NCBI GenBank assembly: GCA_964016885.1
Contig: OZ024743.1
Location: 279,434,001 to 279,498,000 of the forward strand
Origin: Eledone cirrhosa
Taxonomy: Eukaryota
Direction: 5' to 3'
DNA: 64,000 nt
The notes beneath the pieces are model-generated. The model was given only the letters and a program-made list of their open reading frames with translations. It was not told the origin of the DNA and searched no databases. Shown piece after piece: positions 29,303-43,611 of this stretch; the first letter of the stretch is position 1; each line of letters opens with the position of its first letter. Position numbers and translations under genes: made by a program.

Positions 29303-29720
29303 CATTGCTACAGTGGAGTCTGTGCTGTTGTACGGGTCTGAGACTTGGACACTGACCAAGAAACTTATTCAGATGGCGGATGGGTGCGACACGAGAATGC
29401 TGAGGATGGCTCTGAACATTAATCAGTATACACTGAGGATGAAGCCCTCAGAGCTGTTCGGGAGCCTCCCAAAAGTCAGCTGGAAAGTATCACAGAGGAG
29501 ACTGAGGTAGCTGGACATGCTCACCGACATCCAGAATTGACACTTCACTCAGTGCTCTGGTGGAAGCTCCTGCCCGGACACACTAGAAGAGGGAGACCGA
29601 GTTAATGCCCTAAGGACAGACACCGGTTTCTTGGAGACGCAGAACATGGCAGCGATGATGAAGGACAGAGACCGCTGGAGAGAACTAGTCGATTGATTTC
29701 GGGAATTTACCCGCCCTAGA
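29303..29720 (+). mobile_element. RTE-clade LINE 3' fragment (pseudogenised)
   Basis: ATVESVLLYGSETWTLTKK...RMLRMALNI...RRLR*, then AGH..RHPEL after a frameshift; typical post-RT RTE motifs. Confidence 0.8.
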
Positions 29721-30544
29721 TATATATATATATATATATTCAATCAGCCCCAATATCAACAGCCACCTTGAAACTTTCTAAATCTATCAACGGCTTAGTT
29801 TTGAGGATCTTACTTCACAACAGAATACGTATATCGAACAACAATAACGACCACTGACACAACTGTAAGGAATCATACATACATCACTGCAAATACTTTT
29901 AAGATTTGTTGCCTTCAGAAATTCATCCGAAAACGTATGTATAATGGAATGCAATTCATTCCCATTATTGTTTGGACAAAGATATAGATATATAGATTGA
30001 CTCCATAACGCACCGGAGCATTTAACTTCAGGGTTTGGCTAATTGAAAAGTTTTAGATCCTGAGGCACTCTGCCGTATACATCAATCAGAGATCAGAAGT
30101 ATTATTCAAATATTGTTATTGTAGGAGGAAATTTGTACGAAGTTTCCAGCCTCCCGATATTCTCAATACATAAAAATTGGTGTTAACGAGCTTCAGGTAA
30201 TAATCGCGTTTGACGGCGGTGGACTGTGATCGATTTGTCAAATCTAAAATACAACAGCCAAAACAACAGGAGACCAGTCATCTTATATCTACACAAATTC
30301 CGAGCATGTGATCAACTATCGCCAATGAGAATCAATATAACGAACGCTCAGTGTTCATAAAATAACTTACTGTTGTACATGAAGTCAGTATGCGTACGTG
30401 AAACTTGAGTGTATCACCAACAATCTTCCAATTATTTCAAAAAAGATAATTTCTATTGAATTCCCTTTCCTGTCGATTACCCACATGAAAGTATATAGAC
30501 CTGCACACACACACACACCCGCCCACAAACACACACACACACAC

Positions 30545-30645
<101 letters not shown>

Positions 30646-30888
30646 CCCGGGTTCAATCGGGCGTAACCACAGTAAGTAAGGTACTCAATACATAACAGAG
30701 TATATATATTTAATATAGAAATGGCTTCTACAGGACTAGAACTGTTTCATTCAGGAGAAATCATCAGGAAAGCCCTGGGCTTTCCTAAAGATTTGAAATG
30801 TTTCTCTTTTTCTTTCACTATCTAAACGGAACCTGAACCTATAAGGTCTGGATTCTCGGGTATGTCACTATTTATAAAACAAATTTTG

Positions 30889-30950
30889 TATTTTATCTGA
30901 TGAGTGCGTACCAAAGTTGTTGGTAGCCTTGAAATATGTATAATAAAATA
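30889..30950 (+). ncRNA. Type I hammerhead ribozyme in a PLE 3' fragment (~30790-31085)
   Basis: TATTTTAT-CTGATGA-gtgcgTACCA..TGGTAgcctt-GAAA-TATGTA-TA-ATAAAATA. Confidence 0.75.
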
Positions 30951-31135
30951 AATCTCGTTTTATAAATATAGTTTCCATCTATTAATATCATTGATATTAT
31001 ACTCCAGGAAACTTGTCGAGAGTGCTTTGAATCTGTTATAAATAAATTTGTTGAATTACCAGCAAATTAAATATATTTTTGCTTATATATAGTGACGAAA
31101 CATAAGTCAATGCATGAACTCATAATCCTTTATTT

Positions 31136-31191
31136 ACTGCTATATATATTTCGATGATAGCCATTGAATGGCTATGACCTCATCAGGCAGT
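31136..31191 (-). ncRNA. Type I hammerhead ribozyme
   Basis: Minus strand: ACTGC-CTGATGA-GGTCATAGCCAT tca ATGGCTATCATC-GAAA-TATATA-TA-GCAGT. Confidence 0.85.
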
Positions 31192-32344
31192 TAGTCAGTT
31201 TTTAGATATGCCAGGTCTGTGTTTATAGTGTTGATGGTATCAGAGCCTTGGGACATATGACCTTGTTAGGAATAATTTAATGTTGTCAGCAGGAATAGTC
31301 TTAATTCTCATTGGTCAGTTTGTAGATGCTAGTAGGGTTGGTATTTGACCTCAAAGAGGCAGGTGGTGTTGTAAAGTTCAAACCATCAGGCAAGATGACA
31401 ATAGTTCCATATGACTGATTTTCACAAAAAGCATTCCTGGTCAGATATATATTCAATTAAGGTTAATAGTATGAAATAAATACTACAGGTCATTCTTAAA
31501 TTAAGGAATTTATGTGGAGTGGTGCTACTGAAAATTATGGTTAGAGTAGAAAATTTACAAATAAAAAGACTTATGTAGTTTGGCTTGCGCATACATTCAC
31601 ACCCACCTGCACAGACACACACACACATCCACGCATACAAATTGAGGAATTAATGTGGGGTGGTAATACTTAAAATAATGGTTAGAGTCAAATACTTAAA
31701 TAGTTTAGAAAATTTAGAAATAAAAAGACATATGTTGGTTGACTTGTTCATACACTCACACCTAAGAAAGGTAACACAAGAGTTGATATATATAAAAACA
31801 AATAGTAGAAAAGACAAAGATTTTTTTCAGTAGAAAATGTTGAAGAGATTTTTAGTGAAATTTCAAAGCATTAATTCATTTACAATACCGGTTTCAGCAT
31901 TAAATACATTAACAATTGCGGATAAGCAGAATATTGTTGAGCTGCATATTTGTATAAATAGTGAAAATATAGAGAAGGAAAGAAAAGTTAAATTTCACAT
32001 ACGTGATCCTTCAGAGATAAAAGTAAATTTGTCTGTCCACCCTTCTTTGCTAATGGCTTTGTATATGTATTACGGATAACCATGTTGCTTCTTTATTTTC
32101 CTATCTTCGGTTTGCTTTTATCCTTCTATGTTGTTTACTTGTCTCACTCGCTTTACGCGATTTACCTGTCCCAATAGCTTTTTTTAGTTATTGCTCGCAC
32201 CAACCTGAGGTATATGATTTTTAATGCGATGTAATATCAATGATGGTTGGCAAAGCACTGACGAGGGACTAATTTTATCATATGTAACCCATGTGCAACC
32301 ACGCAGTATTCTTCTTTCTTCTCATGTTTTTTATATATATATAT

Positions 32345-32658
<314 letters not shown>

Positions 32659-32671
32659 TTATATATATTTA

Positions 32672-33167
32672 TACTTATATTTAAGTATCACCGTACTAAG
32701 AGTGAGAAATGAAATTTCATAATTTCATTTTTTCCATTTATCGTTTTCGGTACGCCCGGCCGACTAACTCACTCGATATGCAAATTAGGCTGCGCAGCCG
32801 TTAATATGCATAGGGAAAGTGTATACTTTCAAGCGTTTAATCGACTGACAGGAATGTATAAGGTGCTGATGACAGCTAATAAGCTAGAAACTAGTTCATT
32901 GTTCCTTTGTCAGTGTTGAACAAAAGGGCAACGATGGTTGCTAAACACTGTACGGCTTAATTCGAGCTGTTTGTTTACAAACAAACCGAACATTATAATA
33001 TATGTTCGGTAAACCCATACGTACATATATATATATATGTGCATGTATGTATGTATATACATACTAGTGCACGTCTGTATACATATATGTATGTACGTAT
33101 ACATACTTATATTTAAGTATCAGCCGTACTAAGAGTGAGAAATGAAATTTCATAATTTCATTTTTTC
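32672..33167 (+). mobile_element. ~420-430-bp HHR repeat family, about 1.15 units (HHR 32860-32902)
   Basis: TACTTATATTTAAGTATCA..CGTACTAAGAGTGAGAAATG occurs at both ends; core CTGATGA-cAGCT aata AGCTa-GAAA-CTAG-TT. Confidence 0.8.
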
Positions 33168-33282
33168 TATATATATATAAGTTATTCCGGGTTCAATCGG
33201 GAGTAACCACATTAAGTAAGGTACTCAATACAGCGCTTCCTAACGAATGAAACAGTTCTAGTCCTGTAGAAGCTTTTCTATA

Positions 33283-33365
<83 letters not shown>

Positions 33366-33774
33366 CAAAGATGGTGTGGTAAGATAACAGGGGGACCATA
33401 ACGGACAAGTGTACTCAATATTTAGGGTAATAGAGTGAGTAATAGGAAAAGAGTCAGGACCCCGACGGCTGAGCTCCGGTTGTTTCGACAGCTAGATCCA
33501 GACAAAGCCACCAGTATTAGAACGACGGGACTCTAGCTGAACTTATCAAGGGGCACAGTCCATATATGGGCATGCTGTCAAAACAAAAAAAAGCAGAAAT
33601 ATCTAAGCAAAATATCCTTAAAATGTGTTGTTTTTTTTTTGTCTGTCACGGGTCAATGATCTGGGAGTTCGTGTTCATAGCTGAATTCCTTCATAGCGGC
33701 GGGGGTCTGAACAGGCCTGGACATCCCAGATTATTGACCACTCCCCGTGACAGACTCATTTCCTATATATATAT

Positions 33775-34096
33775 ATATATGAAAGACGTAAAATAAGAAA
33801 ATTTTTAAAATTAAAAATTAACTTACTTACTAAAATTTTCACTCCAACTAATTAGTTTCTGTAATGGGATAAATATAGTTACACAATGTAACTATCGAGA
33901 ATTCATTACGTTATCAGGGAGTCCGCGCATTGCCTGGGAACTTAGCTGAGAATAGACTCCTGATGACGTAATGAATTCTCGATAGTTACATTGTGTAACT
34001 ATATTTATCCCATTACAGAAACTAATTAGTTGGAGTGAAAATTTTAGTAAGTTAATTTTTAATTTTTAAAATTTTCTTATTTTATGTCTTTCATAT
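33775..34096. repeat. Near-perfect ~145-bp inverted repeat (fold-back element)
   Basis: 33775-33924 with 33955-34096; CTGATGA at 33960 next to the loop, but no clear GAAA partner. Confidence 0.85.
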
Positions 34097-34203
34097 AATT
34101 GTTCTGCATCCCCCTGCATTGAACCACCTAGGTACTTTGACATAACTTATATATTTACTAGTATTAGTGTACATCTGTACGCATATGTTGGTAGATGTAT
34201 TAA

Positions 34204-34604
<401 letters not shown>

Positions 34605-34605
34605 T

Positions 34606-34669
<64 letters not shown>

Positions 34670-34895
34670 AAATAATAAAAGTGATGTGTCACCTAATAAC
34701 CAATTTCTAATAGATTTTTCTGGGAAATGGTATTTTGATATCTTCCAACCCGCTTCTCTTCAGTCTCCCACCCAACTTTTAGACGATGGCCAATGGTAGA
34801 ACAACAGCTATCTATAGCTGTCTAAGTATATATGTTTCTCTGAACAATGGAAATAATCTCTCTCTCCCCCTCCCCCATATTTCTCTCTCTCTCGC

Positions 34896-34935
<40 letters not shown>

Positions 34936-37080
34936 CTGGGACGGTCTTTGAAGGACAAAGACGGACGCGTGATACCTGAGCCGAAGCAGATGTGCGCGGC
35001 CTTTCAGCGGCACTTTGCTCAACTGTTTGGGCAGAGCGGCGCGCCGGTAGGGGCTATGGATTTCGGTCCATACCTCGACGGCCTACCGCGACTCTCGGAC
35101 AGCGAGTCGAAGTTCTGCGAAAGGCCGATTTCGGCCGCTGAGATAAGGGACGCGCTGAGCCAATGCGGCAAACACAAATCTCCAGGTCTCGAGGGTCTAC
35201 CCTACGAATTTTACGTAGCAATGCCGGACTTGCTCTCCGGTCTCCTGGAAGCGGTCTACTGTAACTGGCAGCAGAACGGGAGAATTCCCAGTTCTGTGAT
35301 CAAGGGTGTAGTCACGTTAGTCAGGAAGGACGAGAATAAGGGGGATGACATAGGCAACTTCCGGCCAATAACTCTGCTAAACACAGAGTTACAGATTTTG
35401 GCCAAGGTGTTGGCAAAGAGGCTAGCGCTTGTCGACGAAAACCTGGTGGGAGAAGCGCAGACATGCGCAATCCCGACCACGTCCATACACGACAATCTCC
35501 ACCTCATGCGATACATCATAGAGAGGGTGGGGTGTAAACCCGGCTTCGGTGGAGCCCTGATCAACTTGGATCAGTCTAAGGCTTTCGATAGGGTTGACCA
35601 TCGTTACCTGGAGGCGGTGCTCGAGGCGGCAGGCTTCGGACCTGTGTTCAGTGGCTGGATTGCTGCAATGCACAGCAACAACATCTGTTCAAGGGTCAAG
35701 GTGAACGGCTACCTCTCAGAGCCGTTCCATATCACGCGATCCATCCAACAGGGATGCCCTCTCTCCTCCCTTCTGTACGTACTAACTCTCGAGCCACTAC
35801 TGCTGAAGTTGGAGCTATTGCAGGGCATCCCTTTGGAACCGGGACTGCGAAAAGCGGCGTCAGCCTACGCCGACGACATGACAGTAATGGTGTCGAACAC
35901 TTCGCAAATCGGGGAGGTCGGCACCTTACTGGAGGAATATGAAAGGTTCACAGGAACGAAGCTGAACCGGGACAAATCTGTCGGTTTGCAACTCGGAACG
36001 TGGAGAGGCAAACCGATGCCTTCCGATGGCGTCGTCGGACGCTGGACGGAAGGACCAGTAAAGCTGCTCGGGGTCTGGTTTGGTCAGGACCTCCAGGTGG
36101 AGAAGAACTGGAACGAGGTGACGGCCAAGGTGTTTGCGCTCACCCAGAAGTGGGCCGAGTGCAAACTATCCTTGAAAGGTCGAGCGGAGGTGGCGAACAC
36201 TTTTATAGCGCCCATCATCTACTACCGCTTGACCGTCGTGCTTTGTCCAGCCAAAACGCTCACCAAAATGGAGCGCGTGCTCTTCCAATTCCTTTGGAAG
36301 AAAGGGGCTTCATTGGTGAGAAGATCCATCTGCTGCCAACAACCTTCAAACGGAGGGCTGAGGATGCCGTGTCTGACGATGCGCAAACACGCGCTCAGGC
36401 TGCGGCACCTCCACACATTCCTCACCGGACAACCGGTGTGGGTCCCGTTCGTGAGGCGAACCTTCCCACAACTCGTCTCGCTGACCGAGCTGCAGTCCTG
36501 GGCCAAGCAAAGACCGAGGAAAATTGGTGACTGGCACATCGAATGTGCTCAGGCGCTCACAGTCCTCTGGCAAACGAACCCGGCGATCAGTGGAGACTCC
36601 ACTTCGACATTCTATAGAGGATTGGTCGGCAGCAAGTGCGACGACGCGCTCGGAGAAACTCTAGGCGTAGAGGAGGAGGAACTGGCCAGTCTGTTCGGTA
36701 GGACCTCCCGCCTGGGACCAATGGACAAATTCCAAAAGTCCCTGACCTGGCAGTCCTACCGAGGAGCTCTACCAGTTCGAGACGACCTCTACAGACACGG
36801 GAACCCGGGCAGAGACCCCTCGAAAAAGATCTGTCCGAGATGCGTGCGCGACGAGGAAACCGCCGCGCACGTATTTGTACACTTCCCGGGCGTTACCGAC
36901 CTGCGGAGCTATGTAGAAAGACTATTGTCGCGGGTGGGACCAATCCAGTTGACCACCTACTCCATTGTCATGATCAAACCGCCACCCTCCTTCAAAAACG
37001 AGGGAGAGGTGGTTTTCCTATGTGTTATGGCTATGGAGAAAGAGGTTATATGGTGGACGAGATTAAAAGGGCTGAGTTGA
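34936..37080 (+). CDS. ORF2 reverse transcriptase (partial: no endonuclease, premature stop)
   Basis: Motifs KSPGLEGLPYEFY, NFRPITLLNTE, LDQSKAFDRVDH, QQGCPLS, AYADD and the zinc-knuckle remnant CPRC..ETAAHVF. The first ~50 codons of the 34786 ORF come from flank and microsatellite. Confidence 0.9.
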   Translation: MGRSLKDKDGRVIPEPKQMCAAFQRHFAQLFGQSGAPVGAMDFGPYLDGLPRLSDSESKFCERPISAAEIRDALSQCGKHKSPGLEGLPYEFYVAMPDLLSGLLEAVYCNWQQNGRIPSSVIKGVVTLVRKDENKGDDIGNFRPITLLNTELQILAKVLAKRLALVDENLVGEAQTCAIPTTSIHDNLHLMRYIIERVGCKPGFGGALINLDQSKAFDRVDHRYLEAVLEAAGFGPVFSGWIAAMHSNNICSRVKVNGYLSEPFHITRSIQQGCPLSSLLYVLTLEPLLLKLELLQGIPLEPGLRKAASAYADDMTVMVSNTSQIGEVGTLLEEYERFTGTKLNRDKSVGLQLGTWRGKPMPSDGVVGRWTEGPVKLLGVWFGQDLQVEKNWNEVTAKVFALTQKWAECKLSLKGRAEVANTFIAPIIYYRLTVVLCPAKTLTKMERVLFQFLWKKGASLVRRSICCQQPSNGGLRMPCLTMRKHALRLRHLHTFLTGQPVWVPFVRRTFPQLVSLTELQSWAKQRPRKIGDWHIECAQALTVLWQTNPAISGDSTSTFYRGLVGSKCDDALGETLGVEEEELASLFGRTSRLGPMDKFQKSLTWQSYRGALPVRDDLYRHGNPGRDPSKKICPRCVRDEETAAHVFVHFPGVTDLRSYVERLLSRVGPIQLTTYSIVMIKPPPSFKNEGEVVFLCVMAMEKEVIWWTRLKGLS

Positions 37081-37478
37081 GACACCTTACTCTCTGGCCA
37101 GCAACTGATTCGTTTTTTCAAATATAATTTTGGAAGAAGAATCAGGATGGAGAGAGAAGTTTTTACCCCATCAAACATTATAAAAGGTGGGTGAATGTGG
37201 CAAAGATAGCCCGAGTGGTTGGGCCTTCTCTCTATATAAGCCTGTAGGTTGAGGAAAAAGAGGAAGAAAGGAAGGGAGTATTCATTCTTGGTGCTCCTGG
37301 AGATGAGGGTTGTACATTTTTTCGGTGTGTGTAAAACCTCTGTGTAACGCCTACTCCCTATTGGGGATTTCAATTGTTATTTGTTATTTTATTAATAGTT
37401 TTATTTTCATATACCTGTATGTAAACTCCCCATTTGTATTTGTCCCCTTCTTTTGTGCCCTTGTGGCTAATAAAGAAA
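34936..37478 (+). mobile_element. 5'-truncated Tx1/L1-clade non-LTR retrotransposon
   Basis: GC-rich RT region and 3' UTR ending GGCTAATAAAGAA, with (CTAT)n on both sides. Confidence 0.92.
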
Positions 37479-37519
37479 TCTATCTATCTATCTATATATT
37501 TATATATCTACCTATCTAA

Positions 37520-38431
37520 CTGGAGGAGATCCGTCTGCTGTCAACACCCTTCCAACGGAGGGCTGGGAATGCTACGACTGATGATGCGGAAACATGCGCT
37601 GATGCTACGGCATCTATAGGTATTTCTCACCGACCAACCGGTGTGGGCACCGTTTGTGAGACAGGCCTTGCCGCAACTTGTCTCGCTGACGGAGCTAGAG
37701 TCCTGGGTCAAGCGGAGACCGAAGAAGATGGGCGCCTGGCACATTGAATGCGCTCAGGCGCTCATAGTCCTCTGTCAAGCGGGCACAGCAATCAGTAGAG
37801 ACTCCACTTTCTACAGAGGGTTAGTACGTCACGAGGGCGACGACATGCTCGTAGAGTCTCTAGGCGTCGAAGACGCCGAACTCACTAGTCTGTTTGGTAG
37901 GAAGTTCAGCCCGGGACCTATGAACAATTTCCAGAGGTCCCTGGACTGGCAGTTCTATCGGGGAGCTATCGTGACAAGATCTACAGGCACGGACGCCCCG
38001 GCAGGGATCCTTCCAAGAGGACGTGTCCAAGATGCGGGCAGGACATTGAAACTGTCTTGCATGGAATTGTACACTGCCCAGGCGTAACCGACCTGTGGAA
38101 CTACGCAGAATAACTGCTGTCGCGTATGGGACAAATCCAGTTGACTGCCGAGTCCATATAAGGATCAAACCGCCAAATTCTTTCTAAAACGAAAAGGAGG
38201 CGGTTTTCCTCTGATTGTGGCTACGGTGATAGAGGTTATATGGTGGACGAGATTGAGAGGACTGAGGACAGATGCCTTTCGCTCCGGACAACAACTCATT
38301 CCCTGCTTTAGGAACCACTTTAGAAGGAGAATCAGAGTGGTTAGAGAGGCACTGCACCCCAGTAAATTTACTGACAGTTGGGTGAGTGTAGCAAAAATGG
38401 CCGGAGTCATTAGCTTGTGGCTAATAAAGAA
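37520..38431 (+). mobile_element. Second, diverged and shorter Tx1-clade copy in tandem
   Basis: Homologous to 36317 onward (RRSVCCQHPSNGGLGM...), with stops and frameshifts. Most of the 3' UTR is deleted, but it keeps the same CTTGTGGCTAATAAAGAA end followed by TCTATCTAT. Confidence 0.88.
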
Positions 38432-38531
38432 TCTATCTATTTACGTCTAATAATCTATGCCAATCTATCACCAACTCCCTCTCTCTCTCTCCCTCTCTCT
38501 CTCTCCCTCTCTCTCTCTCCCCCTCTCTCTC

Positions 38532-38610
<79 letters not shown>

Positions 38611-38629
38611 CTTTATGTATATGTAAATC

Positions 38630-39188
38630 TTTATATTTGATAATCTCCCGTTAGGTTGAGATACAATTGGGCCATATTGAGCTGCACTTTCTAGCAACAA
38701 GCCTACCCGCCGTAAGCAACTAATCACATTCTTTCTAACTTGACCACTGCCACGTCACGATTCTTAGCCATTTTTTAATCTATTTTTGGCGCGATTACTT
38801 TGGAAAATTAAATGTCTAATCTTGAGTTTTTCTCCAGATGAGTCTGTTACTCTGCATATATCCCGATAATAGGATGTCTAAAAATACGGACGAAACCATA
38901 GTAGAGATATAATTACGGTATGTACACATTTCTTCTAAGTTTGAATTTACACCTAATTGTGTATGGTTGGCGGTATATTTAGTCAGTTTCTACATGCTGT
39001 TGAAATGTTGGATAAATACTCTATTGGGGCGACCGCGAAGTGGCCGCTTTCGGTTATTTGTCGAAAATTTCTTCATAGGAGCCTTTATTCTTATAGCCTG
39101 GTCTAATTGATTTTTTATATGGTTAATTATGTTAATTGGGAGAGGAAATGGTATATATTTTATCTAATAATTCTAAGGACATGATTTA

Positions 39189-39190
<2 letters not shown>
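38630..39190 (+). mobile_element. Diverged homolog of the 23572-24240 unit with decayed HHR (38829-38909)
   Basis: TTTCTC-CAGATGA-GTCTGT...ACGGAC-GAAA-CCATAG-TA-GAGAT; flanking sequence aligns with the reverse complement of 23680-24230. Confidence 0.65.
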
Positions 39191-39238
<48 letters not shown>

Positions 39239-39715
39239 ATATATTTATCTTTCTGTCTGCCTAACTAACTTTCAATCTATCTACATGACTATATTTATAT
39301 TCATATATACCTTCATATCTGCCTTTCTATGTACTGTCAATTTATAGCTATTTGTGTAAATATATTTACCAATGTATCTATCTTCGGAGAAGATCACCAA
39401 TAAAGCACAAATCTCAATAGCAACCCGAAATACGCAGCCAGACAGCGAGACAAATTGCTACATATGTAGATTAAAGTCATCGTAATAAAGTGGATATAGG
39501 ATTGATAATAATTAATCGAGAGAAAGAAGTCAATTATTGTAATTTATATAAATGAATGTGAAATGAAACATAGTGCTGGCTGGTGTCATAGGAAGGAGCA
39601 TGGTCAAGGAAAATCGAAGATACAAGCATCTTTGCATAGAATGCTATATCAAGGAATTATTGAATTAAATATTTTCATTATAGATACTTGCCTTTTGACG
39701 GTTAGTGTACATGTC

Positions 39716-39746
<31 letters not shown>

Positions 39747-40379
39747 ACGGTTATGTGTTTACCAGACATTTGACTGAGCGTATATGACCTTGACTGAAGA
39801 GAGGGCGACTCCTGTTTTGAGGGAAGCGTACTCATTACTGAACTGAAGGTTATTCTTCAATGGAGAGAAACTGACATGTGTGTATATAGCAGCAGCAAAG
39901 TGATTTCAATTGCAAGCTACTGGCCACGGTGGCAGCTTCAACGAACAAAACTTCACGTACCAAAAAAACATCCAGAAATATATTTTCATAGCCAGAGAAA
40001 CAAAGAGAGAATAACGGCTTGATTGTAATGTCGTTAATAGACCGGGAATGAACATAGAACTGAAAAACGTCAGCGACTTCAACACATGCAGTTCTCATAT
40101 TTTTAAACACTGAAAGGCCTTTGGATTCCCGAGTCGAGGTGGTGTATGCAGAATCGGAATATCAATCTGAAGATATGCATTGATTATATCCAGGAAGCAC
40201 ACCAGATAGTTAGGTTCAATGCTGCTGCATATGATATTGAGATCAGGTGAATGAAGATCAGATGGCCTAAAACACATGTATGGTTTAACAGTTCGAACTT
40301 GCTGCACGGAAGATGAAATGTAAATTGAAGAAGGGAAGGATAGTGTCAAAAGAGCTCCAGATACTTGCCACTTCGGTCT

Positions 40380-41930
40380 ACCTAACAGACGAGGAAATGT
40401 TTGGCACACTAAGAAGGCCGAAGACAAGGATGTGCTAGGGTGCAAAAGCTAGAAGAAGCACCTCCCAGAAGAAGTTAAGATGGAGAAGAAGATTTTGAGG
40501 AGCAGATGGATTGAAGCAAGGGAAGTAGAAATGACACATTTGAAAATGCTGTACAGTAATGTTAAGAAGCGTCTCTGCTAGTGGCTGCGAATTGAGAGAA
40601 CAAAGGAAAGCAAACGGCCCATGTGGCAAAAGAAATTCATCGAAGACCCTTAAAAGTATACTAACGAGCTGTTTCAGAAGAGCAGAAACGATGACCCGAC
40701 ATGTTGCAAGGATGATCTGGAGTCACACTAGCCCAATGCGTATAGTGATAATTTATGTCATATTCCTATGTCACCAATGAATGGGCATACCAAAGCCACC
40801 ATTGCCCGAAGCAAAATTCGACCTTGGAGACTTTCGAATAAAGAAAATTCGGAATTTCTTCAGAAAAGCAGGAACTGTGGGACAAGAACTCTCACTCTCT
40901 AACCAACAGGCTGTTTCTTATTCAAAGAAGAACTTGGAAAAAGCTGATTGTGGATTGCTGTCCGAGAGCGGAAGGAATATAGCTTACCAAGGAGCAGAAT
41001 TCGTCAACACTTGACAAGTTTAGACCAATCTGCCTACTGAATGTAGATGGGAAAATATTCCGTGAGATTATTGCTAAAAGAATGATGTCATTTCAGTTTG
41101 CAGTTTGGCACCGTACAGAAAGCATTTGAACATGATCGGGCTCGACATACAGACAGCCAAGATAGAGAAAATTACCCAGCTGTTATGTAGTTGACCTGGT
41201 AAATTATTTCCTGTCAGTCTCACATTAACTGCTTGTGTTGCTATGAACTTCTTCTGGATCTCTGTGGGGGTAGAGAAACTGATGATAAACTATTAAAAGT
41301 TCTACATGTGCTTTACCACAAATAATATAAAAGTGACGTGGCATGAGCTGGAGGTGGGGATTGCAGCTGGATGAATAATATCAGTCATATGATTCGTACT
41401 TGAAAGGGAAGACATTTCAAAAATTTCCTTCCCTCAATAAGGCCTTCATATATGATTCAGAAAGTTGGCAAGACTTAATAAGTCAATGGTGAAAATCCTG
41501 ATCAGACTAGATGAGCTATTTGGGGTAAGAATTGATTTAAAAACAAAGAAATCCACCAGTATGACAGATCTCAAAGGAAGGCAAAAACAATTGAAATAGT
41601 ATGTTGCTTCTCAGTCCCAAAGAACTAAAACGTTCGAAAGTAGAAGAGAGTGGTCTATGCAAAATGCGGAGAGACGAGACCATTGAGATGCATACTGGTC
41701 AGTTGTTCATTAGTCCTGATGAGCAAATGCACTTGGCGACATAATCAGATGCTTAGAGTATTAGTTGATTCAGTAGAAAAAAAGTACAGAGGATAATTGG
41801 TGGGAAACCACAGCTAGTCGAGAAGAGCGTGATGATTTATGAAGAAGAACAGTGCAAGCAAGCCACTGTAAGAAGGAAAACTGAGAGAAAATGGGGAAGC
41901 GAGATAGGAATATAATGAAAGAATAAATCC
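40380..41930 (+). pseudogene. Heavily decayed HERO-like (R2-superfamily) LINE
   Basis: Fragments across stops and frameshifts: KKFIEDP*KYTNELF (~40630), AEGI*LTKEQNSSTLDKFRPICLLNVDGKIF (~40968-41060), WHELEVGIAAG (~41340), CAKCGE and TWRHNQMLRV (~41657-41760). Confidence 0.7.
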
Positions 41931-42153
41931 CCGTACTGCACTGGGCTTTTTCTTGAAAAGACGAAATGAGGAGTTTCATTTCGCTGGGATTTGAACTCAA
42001 AGCACAGAGGAGCAAAACGAATTCTGTAAAACATTCTACCTAACGTCCTAATGATCTTCCAATTTGCCTCCTGATACAAACATACATATGAACACACATA
42101 GAGACATACACAAATACACACACACACGCATACACATATATATATATATGTGT

Positions 42154-42221
<68 letters not shown>

Positions 42222-42881
42222 ATGCATGTGTGTGTGTGCGTATGCGTATCTCAACTGTAGAAGTATATATTTCCTTTATATCTGAACATGCTGTTTGAGC
42301 GTATGAGTAATTTAATTACAGATTCGTTGTGCAACGTGCATAAATACACAATTTATATCAGCTTTACCAACTACCACCACTACAACTACCACAACTACTA
42401 CAACTACCAACATATATGAAACTAAACAAAAATATAGATGTTTCAGTATTATTCTGTAATGGCTTACTTCAACATCTTTTATTGTATCTGTTTATTTACT
42501 TTAATCTCATATATAAAGCTTTACAAAAACGAAATAACCATTCTGTAAGAGCGTAGCTTTCATCCCGAGACAAATGGAGGATTATCAAAATTCTAATTGA
42601 CAAAGCTTTTCGCTTTTGTTGTCCATAAATGCTTTCCGTTTAAGCGTAACATTTTGAGATTGATCATGTACTTGTTTCTCTTTTCTAATTTTGTGTAGAA
42701 TGTTTTTGTTCAATGTATTAACTCTTTGAATATCTATATCTAGCGAAGATAATGCGGATTGTGGCATCAAACCTTCTTATATTTTTTATTATTTAATTTT
42801 CATCTTTTTTATAAACAGTGTAAATGATCAGCGTGCATGACAGGTTAGTCAGGTTAAACGTGTGTTAGGTGCAATGATGTA

Positions 42882-42917
<36 letters not shown>

Positions 42918-42921
<4 letters not shown>

Positions 42922-43125
42922 TGAGATTCTACAGGACTAGAACTGTTTCATTCTTTAGAAATCATCAGGAATCTCTGATGATTTCTAAAGATTCCTGATG
43001 ATTTCTAAAGAATGAAACAGTTCTAGTCCTATAGAATCTCATCTATATTAAAACTTTTATACTCTGCAATGTATTGAGTACCTTACTTACTGTGGTTACC
43101 TCCGATTCAACCCGGAATAACGTAC
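42918..43125. mobile_element. Fold-back element with duplicated HHR-like cores
   Basis: Inverted repeat 42918-42974 with 42989-43046; CTGATGATTTCTAAAGA occurs twice in tandem; same family as 23359-23560. Confidence 0.7.
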
Positions 43126-43170
43126 CTATATATATATATATAGATATATATATGTATGTATATATATATG

Positions 43171-43288
<118 letters not shown>

Positions 43289-43303
43289 AATATATATATA
43301 TAT

Positions 43304-43346
<43 letters not shown>

Positions 43347-43572
43347 TGCGTTTGTGAGTGTGTGTGCGCACGCGTGTGTGACTGTGAACAGGTGTGGGTC
43401 ACTGTGTGTGCAAACGTATGGTCAGCTATTGAATTCCAATATACACTGCACTTCATGCGCAATACGTGCACATGTAGAAACAAACGTGTATAGACAAGCA
43501 TGTCCATATATACATATACATACACATATATATATGTACAGGAATATATCTATATACCTACATATATATATA

Positions 43573-43611
<39 letters not shown>

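Noticed and set aside
35256-36573. Alternative-frame and antisense ORFs inside the LINE
   Set aside because: By-products of the GC-rich RT coding sequence.
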